64,000 nucleotides of DNA from an uncultured Actinomycetota bacterium (GCA_963837325.1 CAWIMV010000001.1:872768-936767), one strand, 5' to 3'. Counted from the stretch's first letter, positions 35,453-45,957 are shown. The notes: generated by a model not told the origin, from the letters alone. Program-made: numbers and translations.

Positions 35453-36877
35453 TCAGACGTCGTAATACAACTCGAACTCGTGCGGGTGCGGGCGCAGCCG
35501 GATCGGGTCGATCTCGTTGGTCCGCTTGTAGTCGATCCAAGCGCCGATGATGTCCTCGGTGAAGACGCCGCCCTCTTGCAGGTACTCGTTGTCGGTCTCG
35601 AGCGAGTCCAGCACCTGGGCCAACGTGCCGGGCACCTGCGCGATCGAGGCGGCTTCGTCGGGCGGCAGTTCGTAGAGGTCCTTGTCGATCGGGGCCGGCG
35701 GCTCGATCTTGTTCTTGATGCCGTCGACGCCGGCCAGCAGCATCGCCGAGAACGCCAGGTAGGGGTTGCACGACGGGTCGGGAATGCGGAACTCGATGCG
35801 CTTGGCCTTGGGGTTGCTGCCGGTGATCGGCACCCGGATGCAGGCCGAGCGGTTCCCGGAGCTGTAGACCAGATTGACCGGAGCCTCGAACCCGGGCACC
35901 AGGCGGTGGTAGGAGTTGACCGTCGGGTTGGTGAATGCCAGCAGCGACGGCGCGTGGTGCAGCAGCCCGCCGATGTAGTACCGGGCGGTGTCCGAGAGGC
36001 CGGCATAGCCGAGCTCGTCGTAGAACAGCGGGGATCCGTCCTTCCACAACGACTGGTGGCAGTGCATGCCCGAGCCGTTGTCGCCGAACAGTGGCTTGGG
36101 CATGAACGTTGCCGTCTTGCCGTTGACCCAGGCCACGTTCTTGACGATGTACTTGAATTTCTGGATGTCATCGGCGGCATGGGTCAGCGAGTTGAACTTG
36201 TAGTTGATCTCGGCCTGTCCTGCGGTGCCGACCTCGTGGTGCGCCCGCTCGAGTTCGAGGCCGGCGTTGATCAACGCCGTGCTCATCTGGTCGCGCAGGT
36301 CGGCGTAGTGGTCGACCGGCGGCACCGGGAAGTACCCACCCTTGTACCGGGTCTTGTAGCCGCGGTTGCCGCCGTCCTCGATGCGGCCGGTGTTCCACGC
36401 GCCCTCGATCGAGTCGATGTGGTAGAACCCCTCGTTCTGGCTGGTCTGGAAGCGCACGTCGTCGAAGACGTAGAACTCCGCTTCGGGCCCGAAGTAGACG
36501 GTGTCGGCAATGCCCGTTGAGCGCAGGTACTCCTCGGCCTTGCTGGCCACCTGGCGCGGGTCGCGGCCGTAGGGCTCGCCCGTGCGGGGTTCGACGATGG
36601 AGAAGCTCAGGTTCAGGGTCTTGGCCGCGCGGAACGGATCGACGAACGCTGTCGCCGGGTCTGGGATGAGCTTCATGTCGGACTTGTGAATGGCGGCGAA
36701 GCCACGAATCGAGGAGCCGTCGAACATCACACCGTCGGTGAAGAAGTCCTCGCTCACGCCGGCTGCGGGCACGTTGAAATGTTGCTGCTGACCGGGCAGA
36801 TCGGTGAAGCGCACATCGACGAACTCGACACCCTCGTCCTTGATGTAGCTCAGGACCTCGCTGGAGCTGGTGAACAT
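35453..36877 (-). CDS. glnA: glutamine synthetase type I
   Basis: Start MFTSSSEV preceded by GGAGGA. Collinear with M. tuberculosis GlnA1 ([53 protein letters not shown]). The GTG at 36946 would add an R-rich extension and is not used. Confidence 0.95.
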   Translation of the reverse strand: MFTSSSEVLSYIKDEGVEFVDVRFTDLPGQQQHFNVPAAGVSEDFFTDGVMFDGSSIRGFAAIHKSDMKLIPDPATAFVDPFRAAKTLNLSFSIVEPRTGEPYGRDPRQVASKAEEYLRSTGIADTVYFGPEAEFYVFDDVRFQTSQNEGFYHIDSIEGAWNTGRIEDGGNRGYKTRYKGGYFPVPPVDHYADLRDQMSTALINAGLELERAHHEVGTAGQAEINYKFNSLTHAADDIQKFKYIVKNVAWVNGKTATFMPKPLFGDNGSGMHCHQSLWKDGSPLFYDELGYAGLSDTARYYIGGLLHHAPSLLAFTNPTVNSYHRLVPGFEAPVNLVYSSGNRSACIRVPITGSNPKAKRIEFRIPDPSCNPYLAFSAMLLAGVDGIKNKIEPPAPIDKDLYELPPDEAASIAQVPGTLAQVLDSLETDNEYLQEGGVFTEDIIGAWIDYKRTNEIDPIRLRPHPHEFELYYDV

Positions 36878-36946
36878 CCGTCCTCCGGTAGCAGTTGATG
36901 GTGTGCCGAACTTACGAATCCGTGGTTGCCTGTCGGTGTCCCGCAC

Positions 36947-36962
36947 GTTTCGGCGATGTTTC
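36947..36962 (-). promoter_or_regulatory. candidate GlnR box upstream of glnA
   Basis: On the minus strand this reads GAAAC-atcgcc-GAAAC, two GnAAC half-sites 6 nt apart, ~70–85 nt upstream of the glnA start. Confidence 0.4.
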
Positions 36963-36991
36963 GCAGGGCGATTCCGGGCGCGGGTATCGGC

Positions 36992-37426
36992 TCATCCACG
37001 CACCACGGCCGTGTCGGTGAACCGGTCGTGCAGGCCGCGCCCATCACGGTCCCAGATGACTGCGGGCAGCAACAACAGCAGCAGCCCGGTGCGGACGAGC
37101 GCCCGCAGCGGATCGACGGCGGCACCGCGGTCGATGCGCACCAGTCGCAACCCGAAGAGGTACATGCCCAACGTGCGGCCGGCCACGAGCGTCCCGACGA
37201 CGTAGTCGATCGCGAACGGGATCAGGCTCCACGATCCGGGAAGGTGCCCGGCGGCACCACCGCCGGCCGTGGCCTGCACGAACAGGCCGGCCACCAGTCC
37301 CGAGGCCAAGGCGTCGACAACGAACGCGCCGAGCCGCTGGCCGGTGGTCGCCAGCGACCCCGGCCCCTGCTCCGGCAGCCCCAGTTGTTGGCCTCGGAAG
37401 GCCTGCGGCGACCGCACCGCGGTCAT
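36992..37426 (-). CDS. RDD-family membrane protein (Rv2219-like)
   Basis: RLGAFVVDALASGLVAG...RTLGMYLFGLRLV is the RDD motif; its position next to glnA matches the mycobacterial arrangement. Confidence 0.7.
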   Translation of the reverse strand: MTAVRSPQAFRGQQLGLPEQGPGSLATTGQRLGAFVVDALASGLVAGLFVQATAGGGAAGHLPGSWSLIPFAIDYVVGTLVAGRTLGMYLFGLRLVRIDRGAAVDPLRALVRTGLLLLLLPAVIWDRDGRGLHDRFTDTAVVRG

Positions 37427-38184
37427 GACTTGCGGCGCACGGTTCGCTGCATGTTGCGCATCTTGGCACCGGGCGGCAGCGGTCCCTGGGGCAGTGGGCT
37501 GCGGGCGCCGCCGAGTGCGGCCAGTCGCTTGTCCAGGGCGCTGACCTCCTGCTTGGACAGGTTGGTCGGCAATTTGAGCAGGTACCGGCTGAGCTTGGCC
37601 AACCGCAGTTCGCCCTCGCCGGTGCCGACGATGACGTCATAGATCGGGGTGTCGCCGCTGATCCGCGAGACCTTCTTCTTCTCCTGCGCCATCAGCCCGC
37701 GAACCCGATGCTGGGCGCCTTCGCCGACGAGCACGATCCCGGGCCGGCCCACCAGGCGATGGACGGCGTCGAGCTGGGTCGTCCCTGCGACGGCTTGGGT
37801 CAGCCGCCAGTCGCCTTTCAGCTGCTGCTGCAACATCCAGCCGGCCGCGCCGGGCTGGCCTTCGGCCTGAGTGAACATCGAACGCTGGGCCCGGCGGCTG
37901 AAGACGAACATTGCCGTGATCACCGCCGCCAGGACGGCGAACGGGATCGGCAGGATCGCCGAGCCCATCACGAAGAACACCGCGAGATACAGCACGGCGG
38001 CGGCGAGGACCGAGTACAGGATGAGATACGGCAGGAATCTGGGGTCGTTCTGCCGGGTCAGGTTGAACGCCTGACCCATGTTGCGCCAGGTCTCCCGGCG
38101 GGACTGCCGCTTGAGCGCCCGCGCGTTTTTCTTGTCGGCCCGACTCATTTTTGCGGGCGCAGCGGGCCCCCCGGATTTCGCCAT
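37423..38184 (-). CDS. DUF4191-family membrane protein
   Basis: A basic N-terminus, two TM helices and a conserved C-terminal region; a 4-nt overlap with the RDD gene. Conserved actinobacterial neighbour of glnA. Confidence 0.6.
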   Translation of the reverse strand: MAKSGGPAAPAKMSRADKKNARALKRQSRRETWRNMGQAFNLTRQNDPRFLPYLILYSVLAAAVLYLAVFFVMGSAILPIPFAVLAAVITAMFVFSRRAQRSMFTQAEGQPGAAGWMLQQQLKGDWRLTQAVAGTTQLDAVHRLVGRPGIVLVGEGAQHRVRGLMAQEKKKVSRISGDTPIYDVIVGTGEGELRLAKLSRYLLKLPTNLSKQEVSALDKRLAALGGARSPLPQGPLPPGAKMRNMQRTVRRKS

Positions 38185-38320
38185 GCAACCAGCCTAGTTG
38201 GCCGTACCAGCGCCGCCGCGGCGCGTGATGGTCGGCGGACCGGGCCACGCCGATTAGGCGATCGGGCGTTGGATGCGCATACTCAGGTACCGACGTTAAA
38301 TTGCCGTTAAGAGGATCTCT

Positions 38321-39115
38321 ATGGGTTTGCCCCGATCGCGCCGCGGACTGCCACCGGCCTTGCTGCTCATCTCCGCGGCGGTGACCGTGGCCTTGTTGCC
38401 CGCAGTGTCGGCGTCGGCCGCAACCCGTCCGGTCGGGCACATGGATCCGTCCCGCCAAGCGGCGAACGGCATCATCTCGGTGCAGGGCTGGGCTTACGAC
38501 CCGGGCCGTTCCGCGCTCGTGTCTCGCGTCGACGTCTACGTCGACGACCACTTCGTCGGGCGCCCGACGGCCAACCGGCCCCGCGCCGGCGTCAATCGCA
38601 AGTACCACATCAAGGGCAATCACGGGCTCTCGTGGACCATCGGCTCGACGCACCGCGCGCACGTGGTCAAGGTCTGGGCCCGACCATTGGTTCACGGCGA
38701 AGTGCGGGTCCTCATCGGCACGCTGTATCTGAACGGATATCGGCCGCCCGCACCGGCCGGTGCGCGGATCATCGCCGAGGCCCGCAAGTTCGTCGGCCAC
38801 GACCCGTACGTCTACGGCGGCACGTCACCGACGAAGGGCTTCGACTGCTCTGGCTATACGCAGTACGTGTACCGCGTGACCAAGGCGGCCAGCCTGCCCC
38901 GCACGGCCGAGCAACAGCGCCATGCCGTGCACATCGTCGCCCGGGCCCAGGCTCGCGCCGGTGATCTGGTCTTCTACCTCAGCGGCGGTAGCGCGTTCCA
39001 CATCGCCATCTATGCCGGCAACGGCATGCAGTATGCCGCGGCCAACTCACGCGACGGGATCATCTACGAGCGGGTGTGGTCCTCGGCGGTCCAGTACGGG
39101 ACGACCTGGCACTGA
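38321..39115 (+). CDS. secreted NlpC/P60-family peptidoglycan endopeptidase
   Basis: Signal peptide (LLLISAAVTVALLPAVSASAAT) and a C-terminal NlpC/P60 domain with catalytic Cys (GFDCSGYTQYVY) and His (FHIAIYAGNG). Confidence 0.8.
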   Translation: MGLPRSRRGLPPALLLISAAVTVALLPAVSASAATRPVGHMDPSRQAANGIISVQGWAYDPGRSALVSRVDVYVDDHFVGRPTANRPRAGVNRKYHIKGNHGLSWTIGSTHRAHVVKVWARPLVHGEVRVLIGTLYLNGYRPPAPAGARIIAEARKFVGHDPYVYGGTSPTKGFDCSGYTQYVYRVTKAASLPRTAEQQRHAVHIVARAQARAGDLVFYLSGGSAFHIAIYAGNGMQYAAANSRDGIIYERVWSSAVQYGTTWH

Positions 39116-39122
39116 GCGCTGG

Positions 39123-40067
39123 TCAAGCCCGGGCGGCGGTGGCCTGTTCGTAGAGCCGCCCGGCCCGGTAGGACGAACGCACCAGCGGTCCGCTCATCAC
39201 CCCGGCGAAGCCGATCTGCTCGGCTTCGTCCCGAAGTTCGACGAACTCCTCCGGCTTGACCCACCGCGAGACCGGGTGGTGTCGCGGCGACGGCCGCAGA
39301 TATTGCGTGATCGTGATCAGCTCGCAGCCGGCGCTGTGCAGGTCGCGCAGGGCCGCCGTGACTTCGTGGCGCTGCTCACCCATGCCCAGGATGAGGTTGG
39401 ACTTGGTGATCAGGCCGTCCGCCCGCGCCATCCGGATCACGTCGAGCGAGCGCGCGTAGCGAAAGCCCGGCCGGATGGACTTGAAGATCCGCGGCACGGT
39501 CTCGACGTTGTGCGCGAAGACCTCGGGCCGGCTGGCGAACACTTCGGCCAGCAATTCGGGCACGGCGTTGAAGTCGGGCGCGAGCAGCTCGACGCGGGTG
39601 CCCGGGTTGAGCTGATGGATCTGGCGCACCGTCTCGGCGTACAGCCAGGCGCCGCCGTCGGGCAGATCGTCGCGGGCGACCCCGGTGATCGTCGCGTAGC
39701 GCAGACCCATCGCCTGGACGCTTTCGGCGACCCGGCGCGGCTCGTCGCGATCCAGCGCCTCCGGTCGGCCGGTGTCGATCTGACAGAAGTCACAGCGGCG
39801 GGTGCACTGGTCGCCACCGATGAGGAACGTCGCTTCGCGGTCTTCCCAGCATTCGTAGATGTTGGGGCAACCGGCTTCCTGACAGACGGTGTGCAGCCCT
39901 TCGCGCTTCACCAGGGCCTGCAACTCGGTGTATTCGGGCCCCATCTTCGCCCGGGTCTTGATCCACTCCGGCTTGCGCTCGATCGGCGTAGCCGAATTGC
40001 GGGCCTCGATACGAAGCAGGCGCCGGCCGTCGGCCGGCGCTGGGGTGTCGGGTCGAACAGCAGTCAC
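39123..40067 (-). CDS. lipA: lipoyl synthase
   Basis: [12 protein letters not shown] and CTRRCDFC form the two LipA cysteine clusters (radical-SAM CxxxCxxC plus the auxiliary cluster). Confidence 0.95.
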   Translation of the reverse strand: MTAVRPDTPAPADGRRLLRIEARNSATPIERKPEWIKTRAKMGPEYTELQALVKREGLHTVCQEAGCPNIYECWEDREATFLIGGDQCTRRCDFCQIDTGRPEALDRDEPRRVAESVQAMGLRYATITGVARDDLPDGGAWLYAETVRQIHQLNPGTRVELLAPDFNAVPELLAEVFASRPEVFAHNVETVPRIFKSIRPGFRYARSLDVIRMARADGLITKSNLILGMGEQRHEVTAALRDLHSAGCELITITQYLRPSPRHHPVSRWVKPEEFVELRDEAEQIGFAGVMSGPLVRSSYRAGRLYEQATAARA

Positions 40068-40109
40068 CGGTCGAGCCTACGCCGCGGCGCGCGGGTGCTC
40101 CGGCGTCGC

Positions 40110-40451
40110 TCAGGCGGTGTCGAGCAGAGCGTGGGCGGCCAGGTACCAGGCGGCGAGGACGACGACACCGAGCGCCCCCAAACCGACGACGCGCCTGGAT
40201 TCCCGGTCGTGGGTGAGCACCGTGGCCGTGGTGACGGTCGCGATCACACCCAGCACGATCAGTCCGCCGATGGCCGTCCCGGCCGGCCGGCAGGCCAGCC
40301 CGCGCGCGCTGGCGCTGCAGCCGGTGTAGCGCGCGCCCACGCTGAGCAAGGCGAAGAACCCGGCACCGAGACCACCGAGCCAGACGAGCGTCAGCGTGGC
40401 GAGCCGGGCCAGCCGCGAGCGGCCGCGGACCGCCTTGGCATGTCTACCCAC
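40110..40451 (-). CDS. possible small membrane protein between lipB and lipA (GTG start; tentative)
   Basis: The 3' ~340 nt of the long minus-strand ORF 40110..41027 encodes three hydrophobic helices (LTLVWLGGLGAGFFALLSV, IGGLIVLGVIATVTTATV, GALGVVVLAAWYLAAHAL). Upstream, that frame runs antisense through lipB. Confidence 0.3.
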   Translation of the reverse strand: MGRHAKAVRGRSRLARLATLTLVWLGGLGAGFFALLSVGARYTGCSASARGLACRPAGTAIGGLIVLGVIATVTTATVLTHDRESRRVVGLGALGVVVLAAWYLAAHALLDTA

Positions 40452-40458
40452 GGACGGA

Positions 40459-41100
40459 TCAGACCGCCGCCGCGGCGCGCAGCAGAGCCGGCAGGCGTCG
40501 CTCGACGATCGGGAGCACTTCGTCGACGGGGACGTTGCGGCCGAGTTCTCGGGCCAAGGACGTGACACCCGCGTCGGCAATGCCGCAGGGAACGATGCGA
40601 TCGAACCAGGTGAGGTCCGGATTGCAGTTGAGGGCGAAGCCGTGCAGGGTGACGCCGCGCACGACCCGGATCCCGATGGCGGCGATCTTTCGTTCCGGTC
40701 GCGACCCATCGGCGGGCAGCCACACCCCGCTGCGACCGTCGACCTGTCCGGCCGCCACGTCGAGGTCGCGGCAGACGTCGATGAGCACGGCTTCCAGGCG
40801 CCGGACGTAGGCGACGACGTCGACCGGGTCCGGCAGCCGGACGATTGGGTAGCCGACCAACTGCCCGGGCCCGTGCCAGGTGATCTTGCCGCCGCGATCG
40901 ACGTCGATGACGGGCGTGCCGTCGAAGGGACGCTCGGACGCCTCGGTGCGTCGCCCCGCCGTGTAGACGGACGGATGTTCGAGCAGCAGCGCGGTGTCGG
41001 GCGCGGTGCCGGCGACGACCGCGGCATGCAACTCCCGCTGGCGCTGCCAGGCCTGCTCGTAAGGCACCAGGCCGGCTCGGATCATCCGAAACTCATCCAC
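40459..41100 (-). CDS. lipB: lipoyl(octanoyl) transferase
   Basis: [20 protein letters not shown] and the catalytic Cys in RIVPCGI are LipB hallmarks. Confidence 0.9.
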   Translation of the reverse strand: MDEFRMIRAGLVPYEQAWQRQRELHAAVVAGTAPDTALLLEHPSVYTAGRRTEASERPFDGTPVIDVDRGGKITWHGPGQLVGYPIVRLPDPVDVVAYVRRLEAVLIDVCRDLDVAAGQVDGRSGVWLPADGSRPERKIAAIGIRVVRGVTLHGFALNCNPDLTWFDRIVPCGIADAGVTSLARELGRNVPVDEVLPIVERRLPALLRAAAAV

Positions 41101-41126
41101 GAGTCCTGAGATTACGCGACGGACCT

Positions 41127-41142
41127 GTGTCGGGTTCCCGAC
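41127..41142. promoter_or_regulatory. perfect 16-bp palindrome in the lipB/mmpL divergent intergenic region
   Basis: TGTCGGG-tt-CCCGACA, ~100 nt upstream of the MmpL start. Confidence 0.3.
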
Positions 41143-41242
41143 AATGCTTGCGTCGGGCTGAGCGTCCCCGGAAACGTGCGTGCTCTATGTCGGCACAGCC
41201 CGCTACGGTGGCTCGCGCCGACCGGAGCAAAGGGAGTGACAC

Positions 41243-43459
41243 GTGAGTCGCATCGACCAGACCACCGACGACACGCAGGTTGTGCCGCCCAAGGCGCCTC
41301 GGCGTTCGCGGGGTGTCTACATCGTCGCTGCGCTGGCGGCGTTCTGGTTCCTTTTCGGGGCGGCCGGAGGCTCCTATCAGGGCAAGCTGGGCCAGGTTCA
41401 GAAGAACGACCAGGCCGCCTACCTGCCCAACTCCGCCGAATCGACGAAGGTCAACGACGAGGCGCAAAAGTTCCAGCCGGTGCAGACGATCCCGGGCTTC
41501 ATCGTGTACGAGCGCGCCGGTGGGCTCACGGCGGCCGACAAGGCCAAGATCGGAGCCGACGCGCAGGCGTTCCGCGGTATCAGGGGCGTCGCGGGGGACC
41601 AGGTGCGCCCACCGGCTTACTCCGACAGCGGCGAGGTCGCCAACGTCGCGGTGCCGTTGATCGGCAAACGCGGCGACGTGAGCGTCGATGGCGACGATCT
41701 CGTCAAGGTCGAGAAGAACGTCCTGAAGACGGCGCGAAAGGACGCGCCGGACGGGATCGTCATCCACAGCGCGGGCGCCGGTGGCCTGCTTGTCGCCTTC
41801 ATCGATGCGTTCAGCGGTATCGACGGCGCCCTTCTCCTCGCCGCAGGCATTGTCGTGATCCTCATTTTGCTCGTGGTCTATCGCAGCCCGGTGCTGTGGT
41901 TCTTCCCGCTGTTCAGCGCGACGCTGGCTTTGGGCGCGGCTGCATTGATCATCTACCCCCTTGCCAAGCACAACGTGTTGACCTTGAACGGACAGAGTCA
42001 GGGCATCCTGTCCGTGCTCGTCATCGGGGCGGGCACCGACTATGCCCTGTTGCTGGTCAGCCGCTATCGCGAGGAGCTGCATAACTACGAAAGCCGCGTC
42101 GCGGCCATGACCAGGGCGTGGCGCGGGGCGGCACCGCCGATCGCGGCGTCGGCCACGACGGTGATCATCGGCTTGCTCTGCCTTACTCTCGGCGAACTGA
42201 ACTCCGACCGCAGCCTGGGGCCGGTTTGCGCGATCGGCATCGCCTGCACGCTCGCGGTGATGCTGACGTTCCTGCCCGTGTTCCTGGTCCTGTTCGGCCG
42301 TTGGGTGTTCTGGCCCCGAGTCCCACACGTCGACCACCAGGCCGACGTCGCCACTCACGGGGCGTGGGGTCGCTTCGCGGCCGCACTGGGCCGTCACCCG
42401 CGGCGCCGCTGGGTCGCGGGGACGATCGTCCTGCTGGCCTGTCTGGCCGGGATCGCTACCCTCAAGACCGCCGGGCTCACCGTCACCGACAGCTTCACGA
42501 CCAATCCCGATGCGGTGCAGGGCCAGAAGGTGTTCGACCGCAACTTCAGCCAGGGCAACGGTGCGCCCGCGAACATCACGGCCGCCGCGGACAAGGTCGA
42601 CGCCGTGCTCGCCGCGGTGGCGAAGGTCCCTGGCGTCGACGACTCGCCGGGGTCGGTCTGTGTCGCGCCGGACTATACGAAGATCGCGCAGGCGGTGAAA
42701 TCCGGCCAGGTGCCGAACCTGACCGGGTGCGCGCCCTCGTCCCTGCAGGTGCAACCGGTCGACAGCCGCATCCTGGTCGACGCCAACCTCAAGGACCGCT
42801 ACGACACCCGGCAGGCCACCGACACCGTCAAGCGGATCCGGTCGGCCGTGCACGCCATACCGGACGCGAAGGCGCTGGTGGGCGGCTCGACGGCGGTGAA
42901 CTACGACACGCTGCAGGCGTCCCGGCACGACCGCAACCTCATCATCCCGATCGTCCTGCTGGTGATCCTGCTGGTGCTCGGGTTGGTGCTACGGGCGATC
43001 CTCGCGCCGCTGTTGCTGATCGCGTCCGTGGTGTTGTCCTTCTGCGCCACGCTCGGGGTGAGCGCGCTCGTGTTCAACCACATCTTCCACTTCGCGAACG
43101 CCGACCCGGCGTTCCCGCTGTTCGCATTCGTGTTCCTGGTTGCGCTGGGCATCGACTACAACATTTTCCTCATGACCCGGGTCAGAGAGGAGACGCTGCG
43201 CTTCGGCACGCGCGACGGGATCGTGCGCGGGCTGGCCGTCACCGGCGGCGTCATCACGTCGGCCGGCGTGGTCCTGGCGGCCACGTTCGTCGTGCTGGGC
43301 GTGCTGCCGATCGTGTTCCTGGCCGAACTGGGCTTCGCCGTCGCATTCGGCGTGCTGCTCGACACCATCCTGGTGCGCTCGATCGTCGTGCCCGCACTCA
43401 GCCACGACATCGGCCGCCGCATCTGGTGGCCGTCGAAACTGGCGAGCGGCACCGAGTAG
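41243..43459 (+). CDS. MMPL-family (RND superfamily) membrane transporter
   Basis: 738 aa with 12 TM helices in 1+5 / 1+5 topology and two periplasmic loops; MMPL signature GTDYALLLVSRYREE and GIDYNIFLMTRVREE. Confidence 0.85.
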   Translation: MSRIDQTTDDTQVVPPKAPRRSRGVYIVAALAAFWFLFGAAGGSYQGKLGQVQKNDQAAYLPNSAESTKVNDEAQKFQPVQTIPGFIVYERAGGLTAADKAKIGADAQAFRGIRGVAGDQVRPPAYSDSGEVANVAVPLIGKRGDVSVDGDDLVKVEKNVLKTARKDAPDGIVIHSAGAGGLLVAFIDAFSGIDGALLLAAGIVVILILLVVYRSPVLWFFPLFSATLALGAAALIIYPLAKHNVLTLNGQSQGILSVLVIGAGTDYALLLVSRYREELHNYESRVAAMTRAWRGAAPPIAASATTVIIGLLCLTLGELNSDRSLGPVCAIGIACTLAVMLTFLPVFLVLFGRWVFWPRVPHVDHQADVATHGAWGRFAAALGRHPRRRWVAGTIVLLACLAGIATLKTAGLTVTDSFTTNPDAVQGQKVFDRNFSQGNGAPANITAAADKVDAVLAAVAKVPGVDDSPGSVCVAPDYTKIAQAVKSGQVPNLTGCAPSSLQVQPVDSRILVDANLKDRYDTRQATDTVKRIRSAVHAIPDAKALVGGSTAVNYDTLQASRHDRNLIIPIVLLVILLVLGLVLRAILAPLLLIASVVLSFCATLGVSALVFNHIFHFANADPAFPLFAFVFLVALGIDYNIFLMTRVREETLRFGTRDGIVRGLAVTGGVITSAGVVLAATFVVLGVLPIVFLAELGFAVAFGVLLDTILVRSIVVPALSHDIGRRIWWPSKLASGTE

Positions 43460-43465
43460 GAGCGG

Positions 43466-44197
43466 CTACAGCCGGCGCGGGTCCAGGCGCGTCTCGACCG
43501 CTCGTCCGTCCGCGGCACGCTCGACGAGGTACGCGCCCTTACCGTCGAGCTCGGCCACGGCCTCGACCAGCTCGGTACCGCGATAGTGCACGCCCACGCC
43601 GTCATCGGTCGCGAGACCCGCGGGCAGCGAGCCGTCGGCGATCAGCCGATTGAACAGCGGCCGGCGCTGATCCTCCGAGTCGTAGTGCACGCTGTTGGAG
43701 TAGGGCACCAGGCCCAACCCGTTGGTGACCGGTCGCAGTTGCGGGCCGAAGGAGTCGGTCGTCCCGCCCGCGTGCCAACAGATCGAACCTGCCGACACGC
43801 CGGTGAGCACGACCCCGGCCTGCCACGCCTCGCGCATGGCCGCGCCGACCGCGTGCAATTCCCACATCGCCAGCAGCCCGGCGACACTGCCTCCCGAGAC
43901 CCAAATCACGTCCTGCTCGAGCAGGTACGCCCGGATGTCGTCGACGTTGGGCATCGGGAACAGCACGAGATGGGAACCGGCCAGCCCGCGCAGCTGAGCG
44001 GCCTCGGCAAAGCAGTTGAGGGTGAACGGATTGTCGCCGACGGCCGTGGCCAGGAAGCCCACCCGCGGAGCCCGGCCGGTCACCCCGGCCAGCTCGATCG
44101 CGTATTCCGTCAGCGGGCCGAGCTCCCACCGAATCCGGTGACCGGGGACCATCCCGCCGGACGTCGCGAGAATCGTAGGAGCGTCGGCAGTCATCAT
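43466..44197 (-). CDS. peptidase S51 (dipeptidase E / cyanophycinase-like) family protein
   Basis: Start MMTADAPTILATSGG. Has the S51 Ser-nucleophile region (LTGVSAGSICW) and a class-I glutamine-amidotransferase-like fold. Confidence 0.6.
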   Translation of the reverse strand: MMTADAPTILATSGGMVPGHRIRWELGPLTEYAIELAGVTGRAPRVGFLATAVGDNPFTLNCFAEAAQLRGLAGSHLVLFPMPNVDDIRAYLLEQDVIWVSGGSVAGLLAMWELHAVGAAMREAWQAGVVLTGVSAGSICWHAGGTTDSFGPQLRPVTNGLGLVPYSNSVHYDSEDQRRPLFNRLIADGSLPAGLATDDGVGVHYRGTELVEAVAELDGKGAYLVERAADGRAVETRLDPRRL

Positions 44198-44289
44198 CAA
44201 CAAACTAGCGTCACCGACAGTCGCTGCGTCGCAACCGGGGCTGTGGACAACTCGAACCCGACGGTTCGGCTCGCCTAGGGTGGGCAGCC

Positions 44290-45957
44290 ATGAGCGGCTG
44301 GAGGGTGCCGGGCTACGTCGTCGAGGACTTCCTCGGTTTCGGCGCGTCATCGCAGGTATGGCGAGGCCGAGTCGGTTCGACCGGTGAACCGGTGGCGCTC
44401 AAGCGCCTCACGGTCGGCGAAGGCGCCCGGGTGCGCGCAGCCCAGACCGAGGCGGCCGTGTTGATGACACTCGACCACCCGCACCTCGTTCGGGTGCACG
44501 AGGTGGTACCGACTTCCGACGCCGTTGTCCTTGTCCTCGATCTCGCCGACGGCGGCACACTCGCCGAACTTGTCGCGGCCCGCGGGCGGATCACACCGGG
44601 CGAAGTGATCACTGCGCTGTCGCCCATAGGGGCGGCGCTGGCCTACGCCCACACGGCGGGAGTGGTGCACGGCGACGTGACGCCGTCGAACGTGCTTTTC
44701 ACCGCTGCCGGCATGCCGCTGCTGGCTGATCTCGGGGTTGCCCGCCTGCTCGGTGACGACGACGCACCAACGCACTGCACGCCGGCGTTCATCGACCCGG
44801 GAACCGCGATCGGCCATCTCCCCGGCCCGCAGAGCGACGTGTTCATGCTCGGTGCGGTGACCCTGCACGCCCTGACCGGTCAGCCGTTGTGGCCGGGGGA
44901 CACACCGGCGGCTGCGCTGGCGGCTGCCGCCGCCGCTGACGGCGACGAGATAGCTGCGAAGCTCGCCGATCTCGATGTTCCGGACGGGGTCCGCGCGGTG
45001 CTGTCCCGGGCCCTGGCGGTGCTGCCGGCGCAGCGCGGCACGGCGGCCGAGTTCGCACTCGACTTGCGGCACGCGGGCACCCCGGTGGCGGTCGAACTGG
45101 CGGCGGGGCGATCGCGAGTCGGCGAGCCGACTCCCGACGCCGGCGGCGCGGGGGCCGAGCCCGACGGTCACGACACCGCCGCCGCGACAGCACCCGAGGT
45201 GCCGTCGTCCGATGCGTTCGAGACCGATGCCGCCCGGCCTCCGTTCGATCGCCCGCGCACCCCTGCGGCGAGCAGCGCGCAGTCGCTGCTGACCCATGCC
45301 GCGCGCCCGCGCCCACGGCCGACGCCCAACCGCAGGGGCGCCCGCCGCGCTCGCCGAAACGGTGTGCGTGCACTGCAGGCCCGCTGGGTTGCTGCCGCCG
45401 TCGTGACCGCGGGCGTGGCGCTCGCGGTGGTGACCTGGGTTGCGCTCGCCAACCAGGGAGCGAGCCGGGCGGCGCCAGCAGCGTCGTCGGCACCGTCAGG
45501 GCCGGTCAGCGCCGCCGTACCGCCTCCGCCGGCCACCACGGCGACGGCCGCGTCACCGAGCGCCAGGCCGACCGGCGGTGTGGACGCGGCCGACGTCGCC
45601 ACCGTGCTGACCCACCTGGACAAGCGCCGCGAGCAGGCCTTCGCCCACCGTGACGTTGCGTTGCTGAAGGGTGTCTATCTACCCGGCCCGTTGCTCGACG
45701 AGGACACCAAGCTGCTGCTGCACATCGTCCCGCAAGGTTGCGAGCTGATCGGCGTGCACACGAACTACGACGGTATTCAGGTCCGCGCGGGCGGGACCGA
45801 TGCGGTCAGCGTTTCGGCTCGGGCGACGTTGAGCGACTCGCTGTTGTCCTGCGGCGGCAGGCCGACCGGTCGAGCGCCCGGCTCGGGTCCGGCAACGTTG
45901 CAGATCGCGCTCACTCGACACGGGTCGGGCTATCTGATCTCGGCCATCGAGCGCTGA
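44290..45957 (+). CDS. Ser/Thr protein kinase-like membrane protein (atypical catalytic loop)
   Basis: Has a Gly-loop (GFGASSQVW), VALKRL with the β3 Lys, HGDVTPSNVL in place of HRDxKxxN, and DLG in place of DFG. A Pro/Ala-rich linker leads to a TM helix (AAAVVTAGVALAVVTWVAL) and an extracellular C-domain. Confidence 0.7.
   Translation: MSGWRVPGYVVEDFLGFGASSQVWRGRVGSTGEPVALKRLTVGEGARVRAAQTEAAVLMTLDHPHLVRVHEVVPTSDAVVLVLDLADGGTLAELVAARGRITPGEVITALSPIGAALAYAHTAGVVHGDVTPSNVLFTAAGMPLLADLGVARLLGDDDAPTHCTPAFIDPGTAIGHLPGPQSDVFMLGAVTLHALTGQPLWPGDTPAAALAAAAAADGDEIAAKLADLDVPDGVRAVLSRALAVLPAQRGTAAEFALDLRHAGTPVAVELAAGRSRVGEPTPDAGGAGAEPDGHDTAAATAPEVPSSDAFETDAARPPFDRPRTPAASSAQSLLTHAARPRPRPTPNRRGARRARRNGVRALQARWVAAAVVTAGVALAVVTWVALANQGASRAAPAASSAPSGPVSAAVPPPPATTATAASPSARPTGGVDAADVATVLTHLDKRREQAFAHRDVALLKGVYLPGPLLDEDTKLLLHIVPQGCELIGVHTNYDGIQVRAGGTDAVSVSARATLSDSLLSCGGRPTGRAPGSGPATLQIALTRHGSGYLISAIER

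Noticed and set aside
35264-36520. 418-aa plus-strand ORF antisense to glnA
   Set aside because: glnA is unambiguous on the minus strand; this frame is R/V/G-rich filler.
37637-38800. 387-aa minus-strand ORF spanning DUF4191 and the NlpC/P60 gene
   Set aside because: An alternate frame overlapping two well-supported genes on different strands; R/G/P-rich.
38922-40565. 547-aa plus-strand ORF antisense to lipA
   Set aside because: lipA cysteine motifs are on the minus strand; this frame lacks any signature.
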